DNA of 64,000 nt, from contig CAWGRK010000009.1 in assembly GCA_963824995.1 (NCBI GenBank), forward strand, positions 109,934-173,933, read 5' to 3'. This document shows, piece by piece, positions 29,572-41,022 of this stretch; position 1 is the first letter of the stretch; the number at the start of each line of letters is the position of its first letter. Origin of the DNA: an uncultured Actinomycetes bacterium. Lineage in GTDB: Bacteria; Actinomycetota; Acidimicrobiia; Spongiisociales; DATADW01. The position numbers and the translations under genes are program-made. The notes below the pieces were generated by a model. It did no database searches, was not told the origin of the DNA, and saw nothing but the letters and a program-made list of their open reading frames with translations.

Positions 29572-30267
29572 GTGCGGACAGCCGATCCCTACCGGGACAT
29601 TGAAGTAATCGACTCGCGGGCACCCCGCTTCAACCAGGCGGTGATCGGCTCGCTGGCCCTGGTCGCGTTTCTCGTCGACTGGTGGCCGCTGCTGGCGATC
29701 CTCGCCGCGCAGCTTGCGGTCGGGCTCCTGTTCGGACGCCGTTACTGCTTGCCGTGCGTCGCCTACTTCGAGTGGGTCCAACCCAGGGTGGGGGAAGGCG
29801 CGATCGAGGACTCCCGTCCGCCACGGTTCGCCAACACCGTCGGTGTGGTGGTGCTCACCGCCGCCAGCATCCTCCACCTGGCCGGTCTGACCGTCGCCGG
29901 ATGGGCGCTCGGGCTCCTCGTTGCCGGTCTTGCGCTCCTCGCCGCCACCACCGGTCTCTGCGTCGGATGCGAGCTTTACAAGTGGGGGGCTCGTCTGCGC
30001 CGGGTGCAGAGCGGTCAGTTGCGGCGCGTGGACCTGGCCGACCTCGACGGAACGATCCCCGATGAGGAGATCGTGGTCCAATTCACCCATCCCTGGTGCA
30101 CCGACTGCCAGAACCTGGCCGAGCAGCTCCGTGGCGAAAGCCGTCCGGTGGTGGAAGTGGATGTCTCCCAGCGGCCCGACCTGGGTCGCAAGTACGGCAT
30201 CGCCGCCGTGCCCGTTGCGGTCGCCGTGTCTCCTACGGGAGAGGTCACCGCCCGCCTCCACGGCTAA
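29572..30267 (+). CDS. DUF4395 membrane domain fused to a thioredoxin-like domain (WCTDC)
   Basis: IDSRAPRFNQAVIGSLALVAF plus four hydrophobic helices with CLPC and CVGC pairs. The C-terminal VVQFTHPWCTDCQNL..YGIAAVPV is thioredoxin-like. Confidence 0.65.
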   Translation: MRTADPYRDIEVIDSRAPRFNQAVIGSLALVAFLVDWWPLLAILAAQLAVGLLFGRRYCLPCVAYFEWVQPRVGEGAIEDSRPPRFANTVGVVVLTAASILHLAGLTVAGWALGLLVAGLALLAATTGLCVGCELYKWGARLRRVQSGQLRRVDLADLDGTIPDEEIVVQFTHPWCTDCQNLAEQLRGESRPVVEVDVSQRPDLGRKYGIAAVPVAVAVSPTGEVTARLHG

Positions 30268-30298
30268 GAGCCTCGGTCGACCAGTAGCTTCGGTCCCG

Positions 30299-30664
30299 AT
30301 GTCTGAGGCGATTGAGACTCGGGACAAGTTGCGCCGGTACACGCTCACGCTCCCTGGTGCCTGGGAGGACTACCCCTGGGAAGAAGTCGTGGTAAAGGTC
30401 AACAAGAAGGTCTTCCTGTTCCTCGGTGTCGGCGAATCGGAGGAGTGGCCGATGGCCTTCACCGTGAAACTGGATGACTCCCACGAACAGGCGCTGGCAC
30501 TGTCAGGATCTGAACCATCCGGCTACGGATTGGGCCGATTCGGGTGGGTGTGGATCCGATTCGAGCAGGATCTCCCACCCGACGAGGTCCTGTACGACTG
30601 GGTCGAGGAGAGCTATCGGCTGGTAGCACCCAAGCGTCTGATAGCCGAACTCGATGCCAGATAG
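30299..30664 (+). CDS. MmcQ/YjbR-family protein
   Basis: LPGAWEDYPWEEVVVKVNKKVFLFLG and LIAELDAR are typical of the family. Confidence 0.75.
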   Translation: MSEAIETRDKLRRYTLTLPGAWEDYPWEEVVVKVNKKVFLFLGVGESEEWPMAFTVKLDDSHEQALALSGSEPSGYGLGRFGWVWIRFEQDLPPDEVLYDWVEESYRLVAPKRLIAELDAR

Positions 30665-30720
30665 GCGAACACGCCGATATCGACGACGCCACCGGAAAGG
30701 TTCTGGGATCATCCCAGGAG

Positions 30721-31491
30721 ATGGCATCGAATGACTATCCCGAATACGTTCCGCGCAACATCGAGATCTGGACCAAGGCAAACCTCGAGCACACCGGGGC
30801 GGCAGCGCACGGAGCCTGGTCGCAGGACGATATTACGTGGGGAGTCTTCTCGATACCCGACTCGTCCTTGGGTGTTTTCGGAGACGTCGCCGGACTCGAC
30901 GTCGTCGAGCTCGGTTGTGGCACGGCCTACTTCTCGGCCTGGCTAGCCAAGCGCGGAGCGCGGCCGGTCGGAGTGGACCCGACTGCGGCTCAGCTCGCTA
31001 CGGCACGCGAGATGCAGCGGGTGTTCGACCTCCCATTCCCCCTCGTGGAGGCCGCAGCCGAAAGTGTCCCGCTGCCCGACGCATCCTTCGACCTCGTTCT
31101 GTCCGAGTATGGGGCCTCGATCTGGGCCGACCCATATCGCTGGATCCCGGAGGCAGCTCGACTCACCCGCCCCGGAGGACGTCTCGTCTTCCTGCGGAAC
31201 TCGACGCTGGTGGTGCTCTGCTCCACGCTGGAGCCGCCCGTAGGGGAGCTGCTGACCCGCCCCCAGCGGGGTCTCTGCAGGGTCGAGTGGGACGATACCG
31301 GTGAGGTCGAGTTCCATCTCGGCCATGGCGACTGGATCGATCTGCTCCGAGGCAACGGGTTCCTGGTTGACCGGCTCATCGAGCTCTTCGCCCCCGAAGG
31401 GGCAGCCAACCACGACTACTACGACTACGTCACTGCGGAATGGGCCAGCAAATGGCCCCCAGAGGAGATCTGGGTGGCAACGAGGCTCTAG
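30721..31491 (+). CDS. Class I SAM-dependent methyltransferase
   Basis: Motif I VVELGCGTAYFSAWLAKRGA, with PLPDASFDLVLSEYG after it. ATG 30721 follows CAGGAG. Confidence 0.8.
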   Translation: MASNDYPEYVPRNIEIWTKANLEHTGAAAHGAWSQDDITWGVFSIPDSSLGVFGDVAGLDVVELGCGTAYFSAWLAKRGARPVGVDPTAAQLATAREMQRVFDLPFPLVEAAAESVPLPDASFDLVLSEYGASIWADPYRWIPEAARLTRPGGRLVFLRNSTLVVLCSTLEPPVGELLTRPQRGLCRVEWDDTGEVEFHLGHGDWIDLLRGNGFLVDRLIELFAPEGAANHDYYDYVTAEWASKWPPEEIWVATRL

Positions 31492-31633
31492 AGAGCACAT
31501 AACCGCCGGCGCGGACCGGCTTGATGTCCACCACCGACATGGTCCCCTTCAACAGCCGCAAGCGCCGGTCAACTCGGTCCTCGCCGACACGGCTCGAGTG
31601 CAACATGGCGAGACCTTTGGTTGACTTGGTGGC

Positions 31634-34379
31634 GTGGAGCAGCTCGAGGGGACGAGCATCACCCGCAGAGAGCGGGAGGTACTCCTTCTGCTGGGGGAGC
31701 GGCTCAGCAACGCCGAGATAGCCGAGCGGCTGTTCATTTCCGTGCGGACGGTGGAAAGCCATGTTTCGGCGCTGCTCACCAAGTTGGGACTCACCGACCG
31801 AAGGGCGCTGGCAAGAGCATCCCTCGAGCTCGGATCGCATGTCGCCATCCCCTCCCCGCCCGATCTCCCCGCGCCGGTGACCAGCTTCGTGGGGCGCCGC
31901 GCTGAGTTGGACACGCTTAAGGGGACTCTCCGGTCGACGCGGATGCTGCTGCTCACCGGATCCGGAGGCTGTGGCAAATCGCGATTGGCGCTGGAGTTGG
32001 CTCGCGGCACGCTCCCGCAACACCCTGGAGGGGTCTGGTACGCCGAACTGGCATCGCTGAACGACCCGAAGTTGGTTAGCCAGAAGGTGGCGGCGGCGGG
32101 CGGGTTGGGATCGGTCCGCGGGCGCCACCCAACCGAAGCCGTGGTCGAGGCTCTCTGGTCTCACCCGGCCCTGGTGGTGCTGGACAACTGCGAGCACCTG
32201 CTCGAGGAGTGCGCCTCACTGGCATCGAGCCTTTTGGCATCGTGCCCCGACCTGCGGATTCTCGCCACCAGCCGGCGTCTCTTCGGAATCGGGGAGACGG
32301 TGTGGCCGGTTCCTCCACTGTCGCTTCCCCCAGAGCCGCTCTCCGACTCGACAGAGGCCTCCGACGCCATCGACCTTTTCGTGGAGCACGCCCACCGCCG
32401 GCGTCCGGAGTTCGTGCTCGACGAGGCGAACCGATCGGTGATCGCGAGGGTGTGCCATCGACTGGAGGGGATACCGCTGGCGATCGAACTCGCTGCGGGA
32501 CTCGCTGGGGTTCTCTCGATGAGCCAAATCGAGCGCCGGCTCGGAGACAGTCTCGACGTGGTTGGCGGCGGCATGGGGCAGCTACCCCGCCATCGAACCG
32601 TTCGGGCGACCATCGATTGGAGCTACGCCCTTCTCACCTCGGGCGAGCAGGCTCTACTGCAACGGGTCTCGGTGTTCAGGGGCGGCTTCGGCCTCGATGC
32701 CGCCGAAGCGGTCGGCGGCGTCGAGACGCTGGAGCGGCTTACTCGCCTCGTGGGAGCCTCGCTCGTGGAAACGCGTGACCTCGGCGGAGAGATCAGATAC
32801 CGGCTGCTGGAGACAATTCGCGTCTATGCGGCGCAACGCCTCGATGCTGCCGGCGAGGGTCAGGCTCCCGCTCGCGCCCATCGAGATTGGTGTCTCGCGC
32901 TCGCGGAGCGGGCCGCTCCCGAACTGCGGGGGCCGGCTCAGGAGGAGTGGCTACGTGCGCTCAGCCTCGAGCACGACAACTTGAGGACAGCGCTCGAGTG
33001 GTCGTGGCAGGAGAACGAACAAGACCGCGGTTTTGCGGCTTGCTCTGGCGCTGGGCTGGTTCTGGTATATCCGCGGGCACTTGGCCGAAGGCCGCAGGTG
33101 GCTAGAGCGGGCGGATGGGGCTGGCCACGATCCGAGGCGAGCGCGCCGAGTCGCTGCGATTGGCGGGAATCCTGGCCAGCGGCGAGGGTGACTATGAAGC
33201 ATCCGCCGACCTCTACGCCGAAGTACTTCGGTTGAGCCGTGTTGCCGGAGACCGCCTGGGTGAAGCCAAGGCCCGGAACTCGCTGGGGGTGATCGCCTGG
33301 GAGCGGGGAGAGCTCTCGGAGGCGGCAGGGCTCTGGGCGAAGGGGCTCGCCGGGTTCCGCCAGATCGAGGACGCCACCGGCATTGCCACCGCGCTCAACA
33401 ACCTCGGGTTGGTGGCCCGGGCACAGGGCCGCTACCTCGAGGCTCGGGCGATGTTCGAAGAGAGCCTGGCCATCTACACCTCGCTCGGGGACGAACAGGG
33501 GGCCGCCAGCGACCTGGCAAACCTCGGACAGGTGTGTGCCGAGGTCGACGACAACGCTGAGGCAGGCCGTCTCTATGCCGCCAGCCTCGAGATCCGGCGA
33601 CGCATCGGGCATTTCCACGGCGTCGCCATCGTCCTCGCCCATCAGGGCCTCCTCGAAGCAAGGCGCGGTGATTTCGATCGGGCACGCCGGCTGATGGCAG
33701 AGAGCCAGGACACGGCCCAAGCGATCGGCGACCGACAGAGGGTGGCTTACGCTGTCTCGGGCCGAGCCGAGATCGAGCTCATGCTCGGCAACCATGCCGA
33801 TGCGCACGATCTCTTCGAAAATGCCCTCGGCATCTTCGAGGTCCTGCAGGCGAGCGGCTCGGCATGGCGCACGCCTCGCTCGGCGTGGGCCTGGCCAATC
33901 TCCATGGTGGCAACCTGGATGACGCCCATCGCCGGATAGGTGATTCCATAGCCATGTACCGCCAGATGGGACACCGCAAGGGAATCGCGCTGGGACTGCG
34001 AGCGTCGGCGGCGCGGGCCAATCTGATCGGGGACATGCCAGCCGAGGCGAGGCTCCTCCGCGATGCTCTCGACGAGTTTGCCGACCTCGGGGTACCGAGC
34101 GGGATAGTCGGCTGTCTCGAAGACTGCGGACGGCACCTCGTCGCCGCGAGGAAAGCGGAGCTTGCGGTGACGTTGTGGGCCGTGGCAGAGCGGAACCGTG
34201 AGCGACTGAGAATCCCCCTTTCCCCGGCTGAGGAGGAACTCATCGGACTGAGGCTGACGGCGGTGCGGCATCAACTGCCGGCGTCGGGGTTCGAAGCGGC
34301 CGATGCGGTAGGGCGGTCGATGGATCTAGCCGATGCGGTGAGCCTGGCGTTGAGCGCGCTTGAGAAGGCTGGTTCGTAG
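31634..34379 (+). pseudogene. N-terminal LuxR-type HTH + NB-ARC/STAND ATPase + TPR regulator, three frameshifts
   Basis: [45 protein letters not shown]-loop [16 protein letters not shown]. Further NB-ARC matches are VLDNCEHL and [10 protein letters not shown]. The TPR region continues through frames at about 33026 and about 33113, and at the GG 33849-33850. Confidence 0.75.
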
Positions 34380-34435
34380 AAATCCGTGGAAACCACGGAT
34401 GACATCGGGTGGCCACCGTTCGATGCTCCGAGGGT

Positions 34436-34825
34436 ATGAAATACGGGCAGACCGCCGCTCAGATAGTTGCCGAGGCACGAACCCACATCGAGGAACTCAC
34501 GGTCGAGGAAGTAGCTGCCGAGCTGGACAACCCCCACGTCGTGCTTGTCGATGTGAGAGAACCAGACGAGTTGGCTGCCGGCGCGATTGCGGGTGCGCTG
34601 CACATTCCGAGGGGGATGCTCGAGTTCCGAGCCGATCCGACCAGCCCGTATCACGAACCGGTGCTGCTCCCGGAGCGCCGGGTGATCCTGCATTGCGCCA
34701 ACGGCGGGCGCTCGGCACTGGCCGCGGCCGCACTGACGCGCATGGGCTATGGCGACGTCGCCACGCTCGCCGGCGGTATCAACGCCTGGATCCAGTCGGG
34801 TCAATCGATCGTGCCGAGCGGATGA
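34436..34825 (+). CDS. Rhodanese-like sulfurtransferase domain protein
   Basis: VVLVDVREPDE..IAGALHIPRG and active-site loop HCANGGRS. An alternative GTG start is at 34409. Confidence 0.8.
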   Translation: MKYGQTAAQIVAEARTHIEELTVEEVAAELDNPHVVLVDVREPDELAAGAIAGALHIPRGMLEFRADPTSPYHEPVLLPERRVILHCANGGRSALAAAALTRMGYGDVATLAGGINAWIQSGQSIVPSG

Positions 34826-34938
34826 TGGGGAGAACTCCCGATAGGCGGCAATTGCCGACCTTCTTACGTTGGTGGGAGCTCTTCCGTGTCGGGACACCAG
34901 TGATTTGGAGGCAGTTCTAGCCGGGGAGGTGGGTCGAG

Positions 34939-37929
34939 ATGGGTCGCGCATCGCTGGGAAACGGACGGAGAAAGTTCTCACCGATCGTGGTAACAGTTCT
35001 GGCAGCGTCGCTGGTGATAACTGCTGGGCCGTCACCAGCCCAGGACAGCGCCGACCTCGAGGCCCCATACGTGGTGTTGCTGCGGGGGGATCCGGTGGTC
35101 GCCTACGACGGTGGTGTGGCGGGCATGGCCCCCACCCGGCCCGCCTCCGGAGAGAGATTCGATCGCAGCGCCCCCGCCGTCGTCGAGTACGCCGGTCATC
35201 TGGAGGCACTCCACGACCGGACTCTGGCCGCAGCCGGCGTACCCACATCGCAGAAGCGAACCAGCTTCACCTTCTCGGTCAACGGGTTCGCCGCCACGTT
35301 GACACCGGCCGAAGCCGCCCGTTTGAGCAAGCAGCCAGAGGTCAGGGCGGTGGTGCCCGACGAGATGGCGCAAATCCAGACCGACGTCTCACCAAGTCTC
35401 CTCGAACTCACCCTTCCCGGCGGTTTCCACGATTCGGGGATTGACGGAGAGGGGGTAATCGTGGGCGTCATCGACACCGGGATCTGGCCCGAGCACCCCT
35501 CCTTCGCCGACGACGGCTCCTACCCGGCACCCCCTGCCGAGTGGATGGGGGGCTCATTGATATGCGAGTTCGGCGACACCGCATACAACCCCGACGATGC
35601 TCCCTTCGACTGCCAGAACAAGCTGATCGGTGCGCGCGACATGCGGATCACCTACAAGGCCGAGGTCGGCCCCGAGTTGTTCAACTCGGCGCGTGACTTC
35701 GACGGACACGGCACCCACACCTCGAGCACCGCAGCGGGGAATGCCGGCGTGCAGGCCGAGATCTTCGATATCGAGCGAGGTGTGGTCTCGGGCATCGCTC
35801 CCCGGGCCCAGGTCGCGGTCTGATTCGGCCTGTGGGGAATTCGGCTGTTTCGAAAGCGACACTGCCGCCGCCATCGACCAGGCGGTCGCCGACGGAGTCG
35901 ACGTGATCAACTTTTCGATCGGCGGTCCCCCCGAGGTTGCCGGCGCGGAAGACATTGCCTTCCTCTTCGCCGCCGACGCAGGGGTCTTCGTTTCCGCCTC
36001 CGCCGGCAACTTTGGCCCAGGGCCGGGCACGGTCCTCAGCCCTGCCAATGACCCCTGGGTGACCGCGGCAGCCGCCAACCAAAACAGCCGCGCCTTCGAG
36101 GCCTCGATCACCTTGGGGAATGGCTCTGTGTTCACCGGCTGGTCGGTGACCCCCGGCCTGGCCGAAGCCCCACTTGTCGACGCCGCCGACCACGGAAACG
36201 AGATCTGCGACCCCGCGGTCGAATTCAGCCCGGCGATAGCCGCGGCGATCGTCGTCTGTCCCCGTGGGTTCATCCCCAGGGTGGAGAAGAGCCGGGCAGT
36301 ATTCGAGCAGGGCGGAGCTGGGATGGTCCTCTACAACCAGACCCCCCAAGACCTCTTCTCCGACAACCACTGGTTACCGAGCGTGCACGTCGGGGTTGCC
36401 GAGGGCGAGGCGATCAGGGCCTACATAGACGAAGCCGGCAGCGACGCCGTCGCCACGCTCGGCCAGGGTGAGGCGGTCCCCATCCAGCACTCGGTGATGA
36501 CTGCATTCTCCTCGCGCGGGCCCGACGTTGTCCCGGACATCATCAAGCCCGATGTCACCGCGCCCGGCGAGCACATCCTGGCGGGCCACAGCCCAATCAT
36601 CCTCCCTCAGTTCGGGGTGCCCGGTCAACTCTTCCAGGTGATTGGCGGTACGTCGATGGCGAGCCCTCACGTCGCCGGGGTCCTCGCCCTGATCAAGCAA
36701 GTGCATCCCGACTGGACGCCGGCAATGGCCAAGTCGGCGGTGATGACCACCGCCCGCGACGACGTGCCCGATTTCGGTGGCGCCACGACTGCAGACCCCT
36801 TCGACATGGGTAGCGGCCACCTCCGACCGGGACGCACCCCCACCCGGCCGAATTCGGTGCTCAACCCTGGACTGGTCTACGACGCAGGATTCCTCGACTA
36901 CCTGGGCTTCTTCTGCGAGGCGGAACCCGACGTGTTCCTAGATCCCGAGGGCACCTGCGCTGACCTGGAGGGGGCGGGAATCCCGACGACCGCCGAGAAC
37001 CTCAACTACCCGTCGATCGGGGTCGCCGAGGTCTACGGAACGACAACCGTGCGGCGCACCGTCACCAGCGTTTCCGATCGGACCCGGACCTGGACACTGG
37101 CCCTACGACCACCCGAAGGCTTCACCCTGGCGGTGAAGCCCCACCGGCTGAGAACTCGAAGCCCGGCGAGTCCGCCGCCGTCGCCATCACCATCACCAAC
37201 CGGCAGGCAACCGCTGGTGAGTGGCGATTCGGAGAGCTGACCTGGGAAGAGCGGGCGGTATCGGGTGGAGAGCCCGCTGGCGGTAAGGGCACTGGAGATC
37301 AACGCACCGACGGAGATCACAGGCGAGGGGACACAGGGCAGTGCGGAGTTCGATGTCACCTTCGGGTACGACGGTGAATACACCGCAACGTCGCACGGCC
37401 TGGCGGTGCAGACCGACACCATCGGGTCGGTCGACCAGGACCCCGACCAGAACTTCGACCCCGCCGACTCCAGCGGCACCACCGGCCATCAGTTCTCGGT
37501 CCAAAGCTCGGTCCATTTCCGGGTGTCACTGCAGACCGAGGACCTTGTCCCGGATGACCCCGCCGTCGACCTCGACCTCTACCTTTACGACTCGGCCGGG
37601 GAGGAGGTCGCTTCCTCGACCTTCGCCAGCAGCACGGAGCAGATCGACGCTTCACTGCCCGCCGACGACACCTACACCCTCTACGTCCATGGATGGGACA
37701 CCCGGGGCGGGACCGTGGAATACACCCTGCGTAGTTGGGATGTGCCGGCAGAGGCGGGGACAGGCTCGCTTCAGATCCTCTCCGCCCCCACCGAAGCCGT
37801 GCGCGGTGAGACCGGCACCATCGAAATTGGATGGAGCGGGCTCGAAAACGGAGAACACCTCGGCGCGGTGTCGCACATCGGGCCTGAAGGACGGTTGGGC
37901 GACTGGTGGGAGTGGCGACGAACCAATAA
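34939..37929 (+). pseudogene. Secreted subtilisin-like (S8) serine protease with inhibitor-I9, PA, Fn3-like and PPC-type C-terminal domains; about 4 frame changes
   Basis: Signal peptide present. The catalytic triad motifs are GVIDTGIWPEHPSF (Asp), DGHGTHTSSTAAG (His) and GTSMASPHVAGV (Ser). Breaks are at about 35821, at the CCCC run 37139-37142, at about 37251 and probably at about 37890. The 3' end is uncertain: the only nearby stop is TAA 37927-29, in a third frame. Confidence 0.75.
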
Positions 37930-37936
37930 GGGCCTG

Positions 37937-38357
37937 TCAGAAACCGCCTGCGAGTACCGGTTTGATGTCCACAACCGGCGTTCCATCGATCGCCTCCAGG
38001 TTGCGCACCAGAATCCGCGTCCCATCGACGGCGACGACCTCCACCCGGTGCAACCCGATCGGGTTGGGTCGGTCCTGCGACCGGGTGCTGAACACGCCGG
38101 TCTCGGGTCGGAGCGGGTCGTCGCGGGGATGGACGGCGAGGACGTCACGCCTCCCTCGATGGAGCCAAGTGAGCAGGAAGATCTCATCGCCGGCTCGTAG
38201 GTCTCTGGCTGCTCGCTCGACCTCATCATCGAGTACCAGCCACGCCTCCGGGGCACCCTCCGTGCCCTGCTTGGGCGCGTCTTCGGGCCTCGAAAGCGAG
38301 GATTCGACGCGACCGATCGGCCGGAGTGACAGGCAGGGACTTCTCCGTTTCGTCCAT
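37937..38357 (-). pseudogene. TrmO/TsaA-like tRNA methyltransferase domain protein, one frameshift; absent from the ORF track
   Basis: Minus-strand translation reads MDETEKSLPVT|RPIGRVESSLSRPEDAPKQGTEGAPEAWLVLDDE...GVFSTRSQDRPNPIGLHRVEVVAVDGTRILVRNLEAIDGTPVVDIKPVLAGGF*. This carries the PIGxVxS, RPNPIG and DGTPVxDIKP signatures. The shift is near 38318-38326. Confidence 0.7.
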
Positions 38358-38582
38358 CACGCACCTCTTGTTAGCTGGTGGATCTTCGACCTCGGGACCG
38401 TAGAACCACTCGAAGCGTCGATGAACCAACACACCAGCTAAGAGGCCACGCATCTAGGCCCTTGGTGCGGAATCCCTATTGGTCGAACGGCGAGAGAGCT
38501 CGGGAGCGCCCCCAAAAGGTGGGCCTTGCTGCGAGGCCGGCCAACGCACTCAGCGCGGGCGCAAGTATCCAGAACACGGCCG

Positions 38583-39290
38583 CTACTGCTGGGATGGAGG
38601 CGCACCTTCGACCCGCTCGTACAGGTTCTTCGCGATCTCGTCGACCTGTTGCTGGGAGACCTTGCCGGGAGGTCCGAACGCGAACATCGTCACCTTGTAC
38701 GCGAATGGCCCGTCGGCGAAGCTGATTGAGTAGGCGGAAAACGGGTCACCTTCCGCGCCCGTGGCCTCCAGGCGTTCCGCAGTCTGGATCCGCACGCCGC
38801 CCTGCGCATCCGGAATGCCGCCCACCTCGAACTCGCTGATGTCCACCGCGCACGAGCCCGGACACGGCTCGAGGCCGTCGTCGTGCAGCAAGCCGGCCAT
38901 ATCGGCTGCTTCCTCGTCGGATGCGAACTGCATCACGAGCGTCGCCACGTGAGCTTCGTCCCCCACATGCTCGGCTCCCTGCTCGGACGGGAAAAAGCGG
39001 GTATCTACAAGCCCGGAGACGAAGCCGGCCTCTTCCATCGCCGTCACATCCTCCTCCTCGGGCGTGAACAGAAGCTCCGGCAGCGATCGGACGTCTTCGA
39101 TCCCCGCGACGGTGATCGGCGTCTCGACCGGATCGGCTTGAGAGCCCGGAGCGTCGGCTTCCCCGGTTACTCGCTGTTCGAGCGACAAAGGAGCGGCATC
39201 CCCACCTCCGCAGGCTGCGGCGCTAACGGCCATGGCCGCAGTCACGAAGAGCGCAAACTCGACGCATCGACGGGATGCTAAAGCGAACAC
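38583..39290 (-). CDS. Putative lipoprotein of unknown function
   Basis: GTG 39290. Signal and lipobox VFALASRRCVEFALFVTAAMAVSAAAC-GGG. The mature part is acidic. The start is uncertain. Confidence 0.5.
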   Translation of the reverse strand: MFALASRRCVEFALFVTAAMAVSAAACGGGDAAPLSLEQRVTGEADAPGSQADPVETPITVAGIEDVRSLPELLFTPEEEDVTAMEEAGFVSGLVDTRFFPSEQGAEHVGDEAHVATLVMQFASDEEAADMAGLLHDDGLEPCPGSCAVDISEFEVGGIPDAQGGVRIQTAERLEATGAEGDPFSAYSISFADGPFAYKVTMFAFGPPGKVSQQQVDEIAKNLYERVEGAPPSQQ

Positions 39291-39544
39291 ATGATCCGCG
39301 GCGGACTTGCAAGCCGTAGGACCACGAGTCGACGGGCACCGCAGCCTGCTTGTCAGTCCACCCCGGGCGGGTCCTCGGCGTCGCACTGGTGGAACTGCCT
39401 GACGATCTCGCCATCTCCAGGTCGAGGTCACCGTTGTCTAGGGTCGGGCTGAGCGGACAATACCCCGCACATGTCTGTTATGTCCCCTCGAACATTTGTT
39501 CGGTTTGTCGGTGTGTTGTGGTATGCTGAACATGCTTCCCCAAT

Positions 39545-40862
39545 ATGAACCGCGCTCGAATGGAGCGAGTTGTCGTGATGATGGGCGAAGCAACCAAGGG
39601 TTGGGTTTGGCCCGACCCGGTGCCCGACCCCCGGGCGGTGTCCCTCCCCGATGGACTGGAGGACATGCCCCCCGGACCCGAGCTGGGTGTGCTGTTGGCC
39701 ACGATCGACCGCACCCGGTTGACCGGCCACGACCTGGTGGTGTTGCTGGCGGCCCGGGCTCGGCAGGTCTCCTTCGATCATGCGGAGTTGTACGCCGACA
39801 TCGCCGAGGTGGCCCACGCCACCGAGCCCGACACCACCGACCGTTCCGAGATGGTGGTGGAGTACTCCTCCGACGAGATCCGGGCCGCGCTGCGGCTCAC
39901 CCGCAGAGCCGCCGACTCCGCCCTCGACCTGGCTTTGGGTTTGGCAACGTCTCCCCCGAGTGTGGGAGCACCTCCACTCCGGTCTGGTCGACCTCCCCAG
40001 AGCGCGGGTGCTCTGCGAGGGGACCAGCCACCTCGACGAGTCCACCGCCCGAGAGGCGGTCGATGCGGTGCTCTCGGCCGCTCCCCGCTCCACCACCGGC
40101 CAGCTCGCCGCCCGGCTCCGTCGGGTCACCCTGGGGTTGGACCCGGCTGACGCCACCCGCCGCTATGAGAGCGCGATCGAGCAGCGCCACCTGGTGTTGC
40201 ACCAGGGATCCGACGGCACCGCCGAACTGGTGGCCTCCTGTCTCCCCGCCGAGCAGGCGGTGGCGGCGATGCGCCACGTCAACCAACTGGCCCACCATTT
40301 GAAACGGGCGGGTGACCCCCGCAGCATCGACCAGCTACGGGTGGACGTCACCCTGGACCTCATGTGCGGGGGGACACCCGGGAAGGGAACCGCAGGGGTG
40401 GTGGACATCACCGTCGACCTGGCCACCTTGATAGGAATGTCTGATTCCCCCGGGGAGCTCAACGGCTACGGACCGGTGGTGGCCGACCTCGCCCGCCGGG
40501 TGGTCGCCAACCAACCCCGCTCGGAGTGGCGGGTGCGGGTCACCCACCCCGATGACGGTGAGCTCCTCTGGAACGGGACCACCAAAAGAAGACCAACAAC
40601 TGCCCTGCGCCGCTCGGTGGAGGCCCGCTCCCCCACCTGTGTCTTCCCCGGGTGTCGCATCCCCGCCACCGAATGCGACCTCGACCACACGGTCGACCAC
40701 GCCCGGGGTGGACCGACCACCGAGAAGAACCTGGAACCCCTGTGCCGCCACGACCACACCGTCAAACACAAGGGACGATGGAAGCTGGAACGAACCCCCA
40801 ACGGGTACACCTGGACCAGCCGACTCGGACACAAATACCACACCGGGCCAGACCCGCCGTGA
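39545..40862 (+). pseudogene. DUF222-domain HNH endonuclease (REP13E12-like), one frameshift
   Basis: PGPELGVLLATIDRTRLTGHDLVVLLAARARQVSFDHAELYADI is DUF222-like. The C-terminal CVFPGCRIPATECDLDHTVDHARGGPTTEKNLEPLCRHDHTVKH is an HNH motif. The frame switch is near 39945. Confidence 0.75.
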
Positions 40863-41022
40863 GGCAGATGCCCGGGTCCCGGGCGATCAACTCCGGCCTT
40901 CCCAATTTGGCGAACTCTGCACGACGACCTCGGCTCCGCTCGTTGGCGCACCACCCGATAGGCGAGCTTGTGAGCGAATACGTCCTCTGACAATCGGCTG
41001 AGATCCGCGCGCTTTGCCTCGG

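Noticed and set aside
37930-38200. C-terminal roughly 90 aa of ORF 37265..38200 as part of the S8 protease.
   Set aside because: This stretch is exactly antisense to a TrmO-family coding sequence with strong motifs. The plus-strand translation there (WWEWRRTNKGLSETACEYRFDVHNRR...) has no protease-domain character.
38583-41022. Integrated mobile element or prophage at tRNA-Glu.
   Set aside because: No integrase, recombinase or transposase ORF was found, and I found no convincing direct repeat of the tRNA 3' end. This is kept only as a low-interest hypothesis.
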